Shown in pieces: positions 13,422 through 27,295 of a stretch of DNA of 64,000 nt. This stretch comes from Chrysomallon squamiferum. Taxonomy: Eukaryota > Animalia > Mollusca. Below the pieces are notes generated by a model, which saw only the letters and a program-made list of their open reading frames with translations, was not told the DNA's origin and ran no database searches. The translations under genes and the position numbers were made by a program. Numbering within the stretch: the first letter of the stretch is position 1; each line of letters opens with the position of its first letter. Location of the stretch: assembly GCA_012295275.1 (NCBI GenBank), contig CM022672.1, forward strand, positions 26,040,001 through 26,104,000, given 5' to 3'.

Positions 13422-15209
13422 CATGTGTACCTTTCTTTCATCACTTCCTTTAAGAAGAGTACTTCCACTTCTGCTGCGGTTTTCAGGCGTGTCCTCTGAT
13501 CCCAACAGTTCAACTTCAGGGGGTGGAGACACAGGCCTGCCTTTTGATCCACCCACCGGTAGGCCTGGTGCACAACATGTGATCCAGGTATGCGACCAAC
13601 ACGAGAAACACAAAGTTCAAGTCGTTTGGCTGCCTTAACAATCTGAACAAAAATTTTAAATATTTTAAAATGAGATGATGAGAGTTTCTGACTGAAATAA
13701 AAGTTTCATTTTTAATACAATGTGTTTAAATTATGTGTCTGCTGATGTAAATAAATAGATTAAATATACTTTGTGAATCTCCAACTGCATCATTTAAATG
13801 TCACTATACACCAATCTTTGCTAAACATAAAATAATACAATAACATAATAAGATTCCAAAGAAACATGGAGATACCTTCACCAATCATTTTCACATTCTA
13901 GATTAATCATCCCTAAATCAGCTGCTGGGAAAGTTTGTGTGGATGTTTTACATCTCAATAACAGAGCAGAACTTTAAAATGACAGCATCTATGAATTTGT
14001 TATATTGTATTTATAATGGTTAGAGAAACAAGTAAAGCAATGAGTAAGCAGCAGATGCATGCAGAAAATAATTAGTTTATTTGTTTGTACCATTACATGA
14101 ACATTTCTGTACAAAACAATTATTGATAATAATTTTACACACAAAAAAAAAAAATGTATTATTAAGTTTAAATTCAGACAATTTAACTTTAAAAAAACTT
14201 TAAATAAAATAACTGTAAATTGTTTTTTTATTATATGTATACAGTACTACTACCATTACAGCTGCTATTAGTATTACTGGTATGAACAATACCACTATTA
14301 CTACTATTGCTATCATAAATAGTAATAGAAATTATTATCATTATTACTATTATTATTGTTGTTGTTGTTGTTGTTATTATTATAAAATAATTTTACCATG
14401 GCTGCTTCTATGTGAGAAATGTTTTCAAATGAAATATCATTCACTTCAAGAATTCGATCACCAACTTCCAGTCCTTGAGCTTTGGCTGGTCCATCATCAT
14501 CGACGGACGAAACATACACACCCAGCCCATACTCCTGTCCCCCACGAATAGTGAAGCCAAACCCTCGCTCCGTGTCCTGAGGCTCACCAATATACAGTCT
14601 CAGCGTTTCAGCTCCAAAATCCAGTTCTGACAACCCACTGGAGCCATGATGATGAGTGATGCTATGTTTCGGAGTGTTAGTCAGTGGTCCTCTGTTTCTG
14701 TGAGATTTGAGATCTCCCTCTCGCAAGTGAGATCTGTGAGATAAAGCATCTTCTCTGAGATACCTGGCTGCCAAGTCGTTGTTTTTCGCTGGGTTAGTGG
14801 GAAAGCGGTCGTCAAAGCCTCCGTAATGACTGTTAGGTCGACTTTTTTGTTTCTTATACACAGCGAGATCTGCAGAATGAGGTCTGTAAAGAATTGGTCT
14901 TGGTAGCGTATTGTAGTTCCTGTCAGCTTTGGTCAGCAGCTCAAAGGCTTGAGCATCTGAATGTGGAATCACTTGTTTGATTAGTGGCAGCAGTTGCCTC
15001 TTCACTGGCGTGTTAAGAATCTTTTTCAGGAAATTCACAAATTCAAAGATATCGCGGTTCGTATGGTAACCATTGAGTGCTTCAACAAATGTGTTTATTT
15101 CCTGCTCGTCGAGATAGACATTGAGAGCATCCTGCAGTCTGCGGACATTGGCAGACAAAGTCTTGTGTCTCTGTATGAAATCAGCAGCTTGTGAATGAGC
15201 AGCAATCAT
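2761..15209 (-). CDS. WHRN: Whirlin (HHD-PDZ-PDZ-HHD scaffold), multi-exon, 3' part (PDZ3) outside the window
   Basis: Coding exons with GT-AG sites: 15209-14397 (HHD1, then PDZ1 [22 protein letters not shown]); 13642-13431 ([38 protein letters not shown], 1 nt short); 9858-9733 (PDZ2 [21 protein letters not shown]); 8224-8019; 7518-7484 (tentative); 7062-6853 and 6417-6322 (HHD2 [41 protein letters not shown]); 6140-6033; 5811-5737; 5289-5158; 4970-4755; 4327-4242; 2938-2761. Domain order and motifs match whirlin as I recall it; the N-terminal HHD argues against PDZD7. Confidence 0.92.
4532..4580. repeat. Short tandem repeat, 19 bp x~2.5
   Basis: gggagataa(t/c)cata(t/c)caaa, with gggagataa at 4532, 4551 and 4570. 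Confidence 0.8.
7352..7450. repeat. Degenerate minisatellite (ttaatggtgactatgaca-like)
   Basis: About 5 imperfect copies containing the gtgac core. Confidence 0.6.
8840..9704. mobile_element. Non-autonomous TcMar-Tigger/pogo-like element in a whirlin intron
   Basis: Left TA|CAGTATTCCCTTGCTATTCGCGG and right CCATGAATAGGTGAGGGTATACTG|TA form an imperfect TIR pair flanked by TA. There is a subterminal inverted repeat ctattcgcgggg...ccccgcgaatag. Confidence 0.72.
10108..10313. repeat. Tandem repeat, ~66 bp x3
   Basis: Unit catt(c/g/t)..ccatttttacagt..aaatattaaaa(c/t)aaaact..tct(g/a)cacaagctgagtaaa starts at ~10108, 10175 and 10240. Confidence 0.9.
11299..11389. repeat. (CA)n microsatellite, representative of many SSRs
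   Basis: Direct reading. Others include (ATT)n 798-861, 3670-3736 and 26815-26872; (GT)n 12637-12785 and 13300-13421; compound (ATT)(GTT)(AAT)(TTA) 17800-17944; (CA)/(GA) 20421-20551; (TAG)n 22059-22115; (TATAT)n 24399-24445 and 43223-43271; (CT)n 41499-41546. Confidence 0.95.
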
Positions 15210-15787
15210 GTTTACAATGTCTGCTTACAGTTCGTACATTCAGCTTCATAAACACAACATCTGAAAACAATATTTGACAGTCAAAATCAAAGCAATTGTT
15301 TTAAATTAACATTAAAATGCTAATTTTTATATCCAGTTAAGTCTGAAAAGTTTTCTAAATAGTAGTCCCTAAATATGTCTGCTGGAGTTTAATTAATTTC
15401 ATTTTTATCACTAATAACTGAAGATGTGCTAAAAAAATTATAATAATTATTTTTAAGAGGTAATATTAAAATTTTTGCTGTGGTATTCACTAAAAAGATT
15501 AAACTGTTTTTTGAAATGAATAAGAGATTTCACTGCTGATAAAGTATAAAAGATGACAAACAACAAATCAATAATGCAGTTTATAGCCAGTTTAGGAACC
15601 AAAGGTAGTGTTGCTGATGATGATCCAAGTGATGAGGAGTCAGGAAGCTCTGGACTTTTCACAAGACTATTTCAAACCATACACATCTGAGACTAAACTA
15701 ATGTCCCCTTATACACATATATTAATTTTTTAAATTATTATTATATATATTTTTTGGGGTATGCATGTCTATTTGGAATCACTAAAA

Positions 15788-15828
<41 letters not shown>

Positions 15829-16136
15829 CACACATACACAAACACATATAAAAACATATACTGAACATTTTATTCCTGTTTTTCAATACTTTTTAAATAT
15901 AAAACCACAACTATTCTGTAGGTTGTTATTGTTTGAACATAAAGATGTTTTTGAATGCTTCAGTGATATATAGTTTCTATTTATCTTAAAGCAATTACTT
16001 GAAAAAAAAAGAAATTTAATTTTTTAATTATTTTTTTTTTATTTTATTTATATTGACAATGGATCCAATATATAATTAAGAGATGTGTGTGTATGTGTAC
16101 ATATATATGCATATAAAGATATTAAAATTTAAATTA

Positions 16137-16392
16137 TACCAGTCTGACAATATAAAATACATGTGTGCAGACATACTGATTAATAAATATAAAACTGAGT
16201 ATAAATTTATAATATAATTTATTATAAAGTAATACAAGGTAATGTAAATATGATATATAATACCAGTGTGCAGACTTATAAATAAATAAATATAAAATTC
16301 AGTACAAATTAATAATGTAACTTATTATAAAGTAAGATAAGGTAATGTAAATAATACCAGTGTGCAGACTAAGGATTAATAACTATAAAATG
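16137..16392. repeat. Tandem repeat, ~95 bp x~2.5
   Basis: Recurring taccagtgtgcagact...aataaatataaaa...ttattataaagtaa..aaggtaatgtaaata. Confidence 0.75.
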
Positions 16393-16593
16393 ATTAATAA
16401 ATTTTTAACTGTTTTGTTTTCTTTGTTCTGTTTGTAGGATCAACAACTGAAAATAACTATCTCATCTCTATTTTTAACACTTCACTGCTGATCAGTAGCG
16501 GCTGTTTTGACTAGTATAACATTTACCATATTACCATAACTTTTATAAAATTAATAATTTCATTTGCAATTTGGAAATAATAATAATAATAAT

Positions 16594-16640
<47 letters not shown>

Positions 16641-17195
16641 GAAGGAAAGAAAGAAAGAAAAGAAAAGAAAAGAAAAAAAGGAAAGAAAGAAATAAACAAA
16701 AAGAAAAAAGTAAAACAAAGTAAAAGAAATCAAAAGAAAAAAAAAATGTAACCCCCTCAATGGTATTAAATTTACAAGTAGTAAAAATCCAATTCAATTT
16801 AAGTGTTTTATGTACAACCGTACAATAAATTCTGATTTTGCTATAAAATAAAAATATAAATGATTTTTTTTAAATCTATTATTTTTCTTTAACATATAAT
16901 CATCTACGTGCTTGTTATTGTTATAAAACGACAAATAGATATTTATTTTGGCACACGTTTTAATGATTCATTCAACCATTGTTTCAGAAATAACGTTAAA
17001 TTATTGCTGGCGAAAGGAAACAAATACTACTGTTTGTTTCGATTAAAATCTGAATGCACGTAAAAAGTACATTAATTTTCAAAATGAGTGCTTAAACACC
17101 TACGTAAATTATTTAATACTGACAAGGTTTAAGGCAGAGAAGTATCCAACCAAATAAATAAATATGTATATTATCTAAATATTTATTTTACATAC

Positions 17196-17350
17196 CTTAA
17201 TAAACCATAAATCGATTGTAAAACTTTATCCTCAAACCATCAGTTGTGTTCATGGAAGCAGTATCTCCGAAATGAACGTCAATACCATTTCCAGTTTTTC
17301 TAGAAACAGACGACTGCATTGCGTGTGAATGCACCTACAAATACAGCGTG
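17196..17350 (-). other. Putative non-coding first exon of whirlin
   Basis: The ATG exon has an acceptor (ttttcag) at 15261-15262, so an upstream exon is required. A good donor AAG|GTATGT lies at 17196/17195 next to the CpG-richer segment. The upstream boundary is a guess. Confidence 0.4.
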
Positions 17351-17600
17351 TGCATAGTTACTGAACTGCAAGCGAGTGTTTAATAATTCAGATCGTCCTG
17401 CTAGGCAGAATACAAACCTATGACTAAGAACATATTGATTAAACTTTACCGCTTCCGTAATTAGGTCATAGCACGGCAACAGGTGTGCACAGGTCTACGT
17501 CGGCGTTAAGCTGTGCAGAATTGCGGCCCCTGTCGACGTCTTTCCTACGAGTAAACCTGAAAATAAAGAATGAAATATTTATATATCAGATCGGGCGTTT
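17330..17600. promoter_or_regulatory. Candidate bidirectional promoter between whirlin (-) and the glycoside-hydrolase array (+)
   Basis: Locally GC/CpG-enriched island in very AT-rich flanks, between divergently oriented genes. Contains an ETS-like CGGAAG (- strand, ~17452-17457) and an E-box CAGGTG near 17481. Confidence 0.45.
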
Positions 17601-17798
17601 ACTATTAATTAATAATTTTTTAATTTCCCGAACTGATTTGTATTTTTACATTCTTTTAAATATACGTATTCCTTTCAAGGCTTCATTAAACAAAAGAACA
17701 ACAACAACAACAAATATAATAATAAAAATAAAAACATTAAAAAAATCAAATATATTAATGATGCTTGCCGCTATCAAGGTTTTTAAACCGCACCAAAC

Positions 17799-17873
<75 letters not shown>

Positions 17874-17899
17874 AGTAGTAGTAATAATAATAATAATAA

Positions 17900-17945
<46 letters not shown>

Positions 17946-18580
17946 TAAGTTATCCCAAAATCCTACTTTTAAAATAAAGGAAACTGCTTTTTTTGATGCC
18001 TGTAATTGCTTCTTTTTTTTCTCAACCTTTTTAATGAAAACATATTTATAAGTTAACATGTTCCAGATCACAAAATGTATAAATTCAGCAAAAACATTGT
18101 TCTCTGCGTCCGTTTCCAAAGTTCCACAACACAAGAACAGATTCTTGTTTGATAACAGTCGACAGGATAACTAGGCAGATCTGGGCCTGGATTAGATGTT
18201 GTTACTGCATACATGCATACATACATATTATATACACTCATACATAAATACATACATAATATATATACATATACATACACACACACACCATATAAAAACA
18301 TATTCTCATATACATGCATATTTTGTTGCTTAAATTAACTTATTAACATTGGTAGTTTCATCACGAATTAACTGCATAAAGTATTATTTACAAATATTAA
18401 TTACTGTTTTATTTACACGTATCAAAATAATAATAATAATTAAAAAAAAAGAAAAAAAAAAAAACCCACTAATCTAGAGGATACAGTGACACAGATTAAA
18501 TATTTTAACATTATTTATCTCAGCTTGGGTAACTTTTGCTCTGAGTTTAGTTCTCATCTTGGCTGTGTTTACTGGTCTAG

Positions 18581-19023
18581 ATGTCTAACACAAAGATTTT
18601 GTCAGCTTTACCTATACTGGTTTTACTGGGAAGTAAGTTTTTTATTATTATTATAGTTCATTCATTCATTCACACACACTACATTCATTATTTCATTTAT
18701 TTGTAACATGTAACTATGTTACTGATGAACATGTAACTAAATGTACATGTATTGCTACGCGATACCCTGTGATAAAATCAGGTCAGGAATCGATGATTAC
18801 ACAAAGGGAAAATGAGTTTACGTGTTTTGTTTATCTAAACATAGTTAACTTGAGTGCTAGATACTCGTCAACTGTTGTAAGTCCAGAACTTTAAACAAAT
18901 TATTTTCCACGGGTATTTAGGATTCAGTTCTCAGTATTAATGTAAATATACGTTACTTATCTGATAAAATCAAGGTCATGGATGTCATATCTTAGATACA
19001 TACCACTGGATAAACCCTGCCGA

Positions 19024-19065
<42 letters not shown>

Positions 19066-20420
19066 TATTATTATTCATTCCTTTTATTTATTTATATGTT
19101 TATTTATATTTTAAATCATCGTCTATTTAGTATATTCACAATAATTTCACAGTGTTAGATATACTGTGGTTTAATTAACATTCATTACATAGACTTTGGC
19201 TCTGTTTGTTGATTCCATATCCACTTCACTAAGCTTTATTAATGCTTTCTTTTAATCTATTTCAGCGTGTTTTGGTTATGATGAGAACGACGCATTTGAT
19301 ATCAAGATCTCAAAAGACGGAACCTACGACATCCTCGTACACACGGTCACGTGGTTACGAAGTGCTCCCACGTTCTTCACGGTCAATGGCAAGATTTACT
19401 CTCTTGGAGATAAATCACTAAAAATCAGGTAATTTTCAAATTAAATTTCTTATTAGTAGTTATGTTGACAACTAATGGAAAATTCACTAAGATATTCTCA
19501 ATAGACTGACAGAGAGACAGAACGAAAGACAATAGGAAGACAGTTAATAAACACAGATATACAAACAGAGAGATAGATATGAGACAGACAGGCAGATATC
19601 GAATAAAACAGAAAATATACAACTAAATCTTCAGAAAATCAAAATAGTGAAAATAATATCTATTCCAAAAAATTGTAATTTATTATTACTGAAGTCGTTG
19701 TTGATGATGTTGTTGTTGTTGTTTCTGAAGACGAGTGGTGGCGAGTAGCGGGACAGACAAGTTAGGTCAGTGGCAGGATCTCTGTACTTACTTCACAGCA
19801 GATCAAACAAACATCACAGGATGTATCAGAACATACCCAGTCAACCCACACTTACCTGTCGTAATCTTTAAACAGGTAACGTAGACCAGTCTACATTCAT
19901 CCTTACACTTTATAATTAGTTACACCCACATTTAAATTATTTAATTATTTGATACAAAACATGAAGATTCATTCATTTTCTAGATAATGTTTTCAGTAAC
20001 ATGCTGTCTTTAATTAATTAGTGATGTGGTTTTGACAACTAAGGTATTAAGGAGACCTGATATTTCACTCCTCCACCAATCTTAGGACTAAATATTATTC
20101 TTCTTCTGACATTTATGTCTTGCGGCAAAAATTCTCTCTGGCTTAACATGAACTTCCAGTAAGCCGTTCTTGAAAAATTTCCAAAGACTGCATAGTTCTT
20201 CATTATAATTACATCAGAGTAGTTTATTTTGTTTTCTTTTTCATACATTTTAGTTTTTTGACGACGGTGTGACTGGTGCCAGCTCAAAAAATCCAAACAG
20301 TGTCGTGTCAGGTTTTCCCTCATTCAAAGAAACCAGTACGTCTGCTTCTCTCGGGTTCTTCTCATTTGGAGCTGATATGTTTGGAGGAACGGGTTTAAAA
20401 TATGGCAGGTGAAACTGGAA

Positions 20421-20463
<43 letters not shown>

Positions 20464-20464
20464 A

Positions 20465-20545
<81 letters not shown>

Positions 20546-22026
20546 GAGAGAGACTTTTATATTTTTTATACTTTATTATTAGCAAAAATATATTTTAATC
20601 AATATTACTTACTGTAGACTCTTGAAACAGTAAAACGACATATATTCATTTATTTTATTTATTTTATTATTTATTTATTTATGTGTAAATTTTATTTATA
20701 CTGACAGATACCAGTTATCTTATATGATAAATCGTTATGATTTCGTATGAAAATTAAACCCGATTCGAACATTGATTGTGAAGCTTTCTTCTTTTTTCCG
20801 TTGAGATGGCCGTCAGAAAACTCTAATATTAACAGTGGAATTGAAGGAGGACCTCTGGTTTTGTTTGACACCAGCGGCAACGTCATAATAACAGCTCCAT
20901 TCTCCGAGTTCATGGCGGCCAGTCTGTATAGAGATGTCGACAGTTCCAAAGTGAGCTGGGGAATAATGGGCGGCGTGGATCAGATACCAAAAGGGTATTT
21001 GTATCAGACGATTATGTTTTATGGCGGTGATGGAATCAATAAGGTAATAATTTTAAAAAAAGATAAAGAAAAAAGAAAGACACATAATGAAACAATAGAA
21101 TAAATTTGTTATTTTCTGTTTATAAAACAGATGTTTCAGTTGTTTGTGTTCCACAATAAACAAAACTGCCGTAACTTTGTTTTTCATCCGATAACGTTAT
21201 AAACCTACATATCATGACATATCAAATACTAATATTCTTAATTGCCTCTGATTAGGTCATGATTCATTATTAAGAAGGTATATAAAATTATCCTACAGCA
21301 TAATTATTGCTATATGTTGATTGCAAAGAACGAAAGAAATAACGTAACTTTTATATTTAACTACCTGGTTTCCAAATATCTACATCCAATATAGTGGTAC
21401 TTTGAGATATTCACAAGTAGTCTTGTGAGCTTTGAAACATACAAGAACCTCTTCAGTTCATTAAATTTTATTGAGTTGAAATGTTTTTATATTTAGATAA
21501 AATAAAGAGTTCAGTTTAACTTCAGACTCACTGAAGTAACTGAGTGTTATTTTCAGGCAATGTCAGACTGGGGAAATCTGATGAGAAAGTTTTATAACAA
21601 AAATCAAGTCTACAGGGATTCAGATCTCACACTCGTTTATCTAGGATACTGGACAGATGGAGGTATTTCTTCAACTATTTAAATACAGTTAACAATAGCA
21701 GTAGCATTAGTAAGTAGTTGTAATAATGGTATTAGTAGGTGGTAATAGGTGAAATAGTAGTAGACGTATTATAGTTGTGTTGGTTGTAATAATGGTACTA
21801 GTTACTTTACTAGCAGATAGTTTTGAAAATTGAATATAATAATAGTCAAAACAATGGCAGAAGCAACCGAGTTATAAATGCAGTAACAGTAGACTTTTTT
21901 TACAGGCGCTTACTATCATTACAAAACGGAATTCTGGAAGACGTATGAACAGACAATATTGGATATAAGAGATTATGCTAATAAATCAAACATACCTTAC
22001 AGGTAAAATAAAGCATCTAACCAATT

Positions 22027-22116
<90 letters not shown>

Positions 22117-24490
22117 TTGTTGTTGTTGTTGTTGTTTTTAAGTCTGAGTGGTTGCGAGTGTTCTAAATGTGTATCTGTTCTTGAGTGTGTGCTTGTATTT
22201 GTAAATGTGTCAGTGTTCTAAAATATCCACAATACTGTTTTCAGCGTTAGTTTAATAACATCAAAATAGTTATCTAATGATTTGGAATATTCAACCAGCA
22301 CACCACTGTCATATACAGCTACTTCCAATTCTTTATGTAAACTGTATATTTTGATTTTGTTCTCACCTCAAACTTTTCATTATATTCCATAATTACAAGA
22401 TTCACAGTTGTAATAGCAGTAATAATTATGTCCTATCCGAAACAAAGTTAGAAATTAACTTAACACTGAAAACATTTAAAACATGTTGAGCATGAAGACG
22501 TAGTATATAACCTGATTTATTCAGATATGTTCAGTATGACTCATGGTGGTATTTCAAGGGACCTGGAGGAGGTGTAAAAACCTGGACACCAATGCCGGAT
22601 CTGATACCTGACGGTTTTCAGTGAGCTAATTGTTGTTTTAAATAATATAATACTTTGTCTTTAAGTGGTTAACTTTTATTCTCTTTCCAATCTGTTTCTT
22701 ATTCTCTCTCTCTCATTCTTAAAGACACACACCCACATACACCACTTACATTCATATAGTATTATTAGTTCGTTTGCTACAGACTACCTATATATATATA
22801 TATATATATGGTTTTATATATATTTCAGAAAAGTATATGATAAAACAGGCTGGCCAGCTTCAGCACATAATCGATGGTGGTAAGTGATTTTTATCTGTTT
22901 GCTCATTTATAATAACTGGATAACAATAAGTATCATTTCAAAATATTTCTATATTTTCATACGCGTAATTCAAAATATTAATATGACTAAAAATGAAAGA
23001 AACTGTAGTGTTGTTGGATAAATGGGAGTCTTCTCTTTTTGTGGGGAAGGGATATTTTTAATTTTTTTTTTTTTTGTGAAGCTGTGTAGAGTGGGTTTAT
23101 TTTTGATATTCATGCTTTCTTATTTCTGTTATTACATTTCGTGTTGTTGTTTCTGCTGTTGTTATCTCTTTTTTCCGTACAGGTCTGCAAAAACGACATA
23201 TGCAAAGCAAAATGGCGGAAAGTTTGATTTTATTGTAGAAAAAAAGAATGCCATTCCAGTCGAAGAGGCGAGTTCCATAAATCATTTGCTTACTAATTTA
23301 TAATTTGAAATCATTTTAATTTATTTCTTTGTTTGTTTGTTGCATTTTATTATAAACGTTAAGAAAAAAAAAATTTACATTAACTGTTTGTTAATAATTA
23401 AAACATAATATTTTCTTATTTACTTTTCAGTCATTTTGGGACTATCTATTTGACAGTGCCCGAAAATGGGGATTGGTAGCATATGAACAAGTAAATATAT
23501 ATCTTTTAATCAGTTAATATTCTCAAATTTCAATAGCAAAATATTTTTTTTTTGTTGTGCTACCTAACATCAGTGTTATTGGTTTTGTACAGAGAGTATT
23601 CAAAATGGAATAGAAAACGCACTTAAATCACAATACGTATCGTGATAAATTCTTCTTTATTCGCCCTTTGCATTCATTTCTCGTTCCAACCTATATTCCT
23701 CACTAGAGTGTTAAAGGCATAGAATGCATTTAATGTGTTAGCAGATAATTTTAATTAATAGTCAAACAAATATTTAGTCAGTATTTCATTATTTCTAGGA
23801 CTGGTTGCGCGTACAGTTTGAGGGTCTCAGTGCCACATTAACAGATATTCATCTAGGCAGGTCCTGGCTTTTACAAATGGGTCGTGCTGCAAGGAAGAAC
23901 GGTTTGACTATTCAGTACTGCATGTCTTTACCACGTCAAGCCATGCAAAGTCTCGAGATTCCCGTCGTTACGCAGGTAAGTAAACGTGTCAGTGATTGGT
24001 CGAAATGTCGTTATGCCTCGTCCAATAGAAATCTGTGTGTTGAAGTAAATATATTCATATTAAAAACAGATTATTGTGACGGAGAATATTATAAAGTATG
24101 TGACAAAAAGTCATTTTAACAATATTGGCTAATACTTAATGAAATATGAGCTGGATATAACTTACTCTAAAAGCTAATACCTGTAATAGTGCTGTCACAG
24201 GCGCGTGTAAGTCTTGACTACAGAGCAGGCGGTGACCAGTGGATGATTGGCGTGACTTCGATGTTTGCTGAAGCAATGGGAATAGCTCCTTTTAAAGACA
24301 CTTTCTGGACCACAAAGGACCAACCGGGAAACAAATACCGTAATTAATTTATATTTATTTATATAAAATCTTTGTTTTGTTTTGTGTTTCAGTTTTAATT
24401 ATATTATATTATATTATATTATATTATATTATATTATATTATATTATATATATTATATTATTATTTTCAAAATATTGTAATTTAGTTAAC

Positions 24491-24524
<34 letters not shown>

Positions 24525-26473
24525 TTAACCCAAGACCTGAAAGAGCCGAATTCAGAACTACAAGTTACCGTAGCAACGCTCAGTACGGGTCCTGTTGGCC
24601 CTGGTGATAAGATTGGTCGTACTAATGTCTCACTACTAATGACGTAAGTCCCATTATTTAAATGTTCATATCCTGATTTAATAACATGTAACAGAGTGAC
24701 AGATATGTCTTTTTATTTGAATGTACAGCTTTTTGACTAGTTTACTGACACACTTAATACTGATAAGAAGATAAAAATGGTGGATTGTGTACTTTGGATC
24801 AACGATTTTAAGAAAAATAAAAGTTAATTTATGATCACTGAAAGAAATATAACACTGAATTATCAGAATATTCGTCATATAAATAACGATGTGAAATGAA
24901 TGGCGTAACTTGTATTTTTAAATCAGATGCTGCAATGCGGATGGAATGATTCTGAAACCTTCAAAGCCTGCTATGGCTATTGATAGTCAAATAATTGAGG
25001 TTAGAAGTTTTCCAACATCGTATTTGACTCTTGTGCTCTTTTAGACAAAACTTAGTTACGCTACTAATCAAGTTTATGACCTGCCTACTAAAAATTATAA
25101 TAGAAAAGCCGTTTTAGAAAATACTGATTTATACCTAAAAAATTTAACTGGAATGTTAATCAAAGCATTTTTTCTTTTTCTTTTTAACTGTTTCTTTTAG
25201 ACTGATTATTATTTTAATATTTTCAGTCTAATTAAAGTATATGTATTATTTGTCTTTTTAAGACTGCCTTCAAGGACGGTTCAGGACCTAAAGGAGAAGT
25301 GTACACAACTTACAGCAGGATAGGAAACTACGTGTTTGGTATCATTCTTGGTGTCGCGCTAGCAGACGATTACAATCTCACTCCTCTAAAAGCTGGCTTC
25401 AGTTTCGTAAGATATATTTGTTTTTAAATAACTTTTTTTTAAATCTTTTTTTCACTTCAATAAACATTTGCTGTCTTTATTCTCTTCATAATTAATGAAT
25501 AAGCTACTTGTATAGTTTTCTTTTTAAATATTAATATTAAATACAACATAGCGATTGAAGACAAGAATAACAAAATGAAGCAATTTTGATTTGCTGTGCT
25601 TACTTTATAACTGTCGTCCTTTAATGCTTGCAAAGAATTGTTACAGTAACTAAAAATTAAACTACAGGCTTGGAAAAGATGCAGAGTAAATGTTTACTAT
25701 TTATTTGTACCATAATAAATTTATTTTAATAATATTGTATAATTCACAATTTGTATTCAAAGTTTTGGTTTTAGTTCCAACCAGATGTAGTTTTTGAAAG
25801 ATCCAGAAGCCACGGAACACAACTAATGAAGTTTGGTGATGATTTTCCTCTCAAGTTGACCTCGTCCTGTGCTAGAGATAACATCTGTCTTTACTACACC
25901 AGTCCACCTTTAATACTGAGGTATAACTTTAATAGCGTGGCAGTAAATTATCTTATCTTTTCAACTCGTTAATTTTTTCTTGTGATTTTTAGTTACAGTA
26001 CAGCACTGAAAAGAGAGTTCTTAAAAAAAAAAAGTAGGAAAAACATGTCGATTTTTGTAGGCTGATAATGTTTTGGACGCCATTTTTGTTTCTTGATTCT
26101 TTATTTAGGTCTGTTAAAATCGGTTTTTACTATAATATATATAATTATTATTTTCTTGTTGATTTTTTTCTACACTTCTTTTTCTTTTCTTTTTAATGTT
26201 ATCATTGATTTGTTTGACACAATTCTTTACAGTTCGAGTGGAAGTAAAATATACATTTACGGAGAGGAAAATAAAGTGGTTCCAGTTTCACCACAAAGAG
26301 TAACCTCTATATCTGTAGGAAGTGACGTGCAGGTGACAGTGAAGGGAGCCATCAACGAGGACGTCACTTTTGCCTTCATACAAAACAACAACTACTTCCC
26401 AGTGTCATGTAACCTTGGTGATTCGGGAAGCGCCATTATTAGTTTTCCTAAACAAACTTGTCAAAAAATCTGA
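18581..26473 (+). CDS. Secreted clan GH-D (GH36/Sip1-like) glycoside hydrolase-like protein, copy 1 (758 aa, 18 exons)
   Basis: Exons 18581-18632, 19266-19428, 19731-19875, 20254-20408, 20806-21043, 21557-21662, 21906-22002, 22525-22620, 22829-22879, 23183-23267 (GC donor), 23431-23490, 23799-23975, 24201-24339, 24535-24643, 24927-24999, 25263-25406, 25775-25920, 26233-26473 sum to 2277 nt in one open frame. Signal peptide MSNTKILSALPILVLLGTCFG. Motifs GYWTDGGAYY, QYDSWWY, IPDGF, AHNRWWS, YEQDWL, QYCMSL, RVSLDY, LSTGPVGPGD, CCNADGMILKP. The gene structure is high confidence; the enzyme class is inferred from motif order. Confidence 0.88.
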
Positions 26474-26654
26474 CATGATAGTTTTTACGATACATACTAG
26501 TACATGAAGCTGATCAGTACGAAATAAAAAGTATACATACTATATTAAATAAAAACGAATATAACCTCTGAAATCTTATACAATATGACATAGTGTATAT
26601 TGTAAAATGGAAGATTTATTTGTACCTATTTTGGAATTATAACAATTAAAGAAG

Positions 26655-26700
26655 AATAAAAAAATAAATGATATCAAAACACTGTTTTCGTTTATGGTAT
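26655..26700 (+). terminator. Candidate polyadenylation signal of copy 1, conserved in all copies
   Basis: AATAAA followed ~25 nt later by GT-rich ctgttttcgtttatggt. Homologous signals at 35743, 46444 and 59424. Confidence 0.5.
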
Positions 26701-26811
26701 TTTTATTATTATTCTTTTTGCTCTTTTTGTTTGATTGGGTTGATTTAGGGGTTTTTTGTGGGGGAGCACGTTTGCATTTTTTATATTTATATTTATTTAT
26801 TTATTATTATT

Positions 26812-26873
<62 letters not shown>

Positions 26874-27295
26874 TCGAATTTTTAAATTATTATTTCATTA
26901 TTATTTTTAATTTATTATTATTATTAATATTATTATTATTATTATTTATTTATTTATTTTATTTTATTATTATTTTTTGTATTATTCCATTTTATTTGCT
27001 TTTGTTTTTGTTTTTATTTATTTTAATTTGTAATTTACTGGTCCAAACACTTTGACAAAATAAACCAATATTCAGACCAAACTTATTATGAATTTTTCAA
27101 CTAATATTAATAACTTTGCGATTTTACCGACATATGTTAATGCTAAAAAAAAAAAAACAACAAAATAACCCCAAAACAGCCCACTAATCTAGGTGACACG
27201 GTGACACAGATTAAAGATTTTAACCTTATTTATCTCAGCTTGGATAAGTCTTGCTCTGAATTCATTTCTCACCTTGACTGTATTTACTGGTCTAG

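Noticed and set aside
13535-13550. Programmed -1 ribosomal frameshift in whirlin
   Set aside because: There is no canonical X XXY YYZ slippery heptamer in frame and no evident stimulatory structure; a homopolymer error is simpler.
18581-26473. Bacterial contamination or recent horizontal transfer of the glycosidase
   Set aside because: It has 17 spliceosomal introns and is embedded between two metazoan genes. An ancient origin cannot be judged without a phylogeny.
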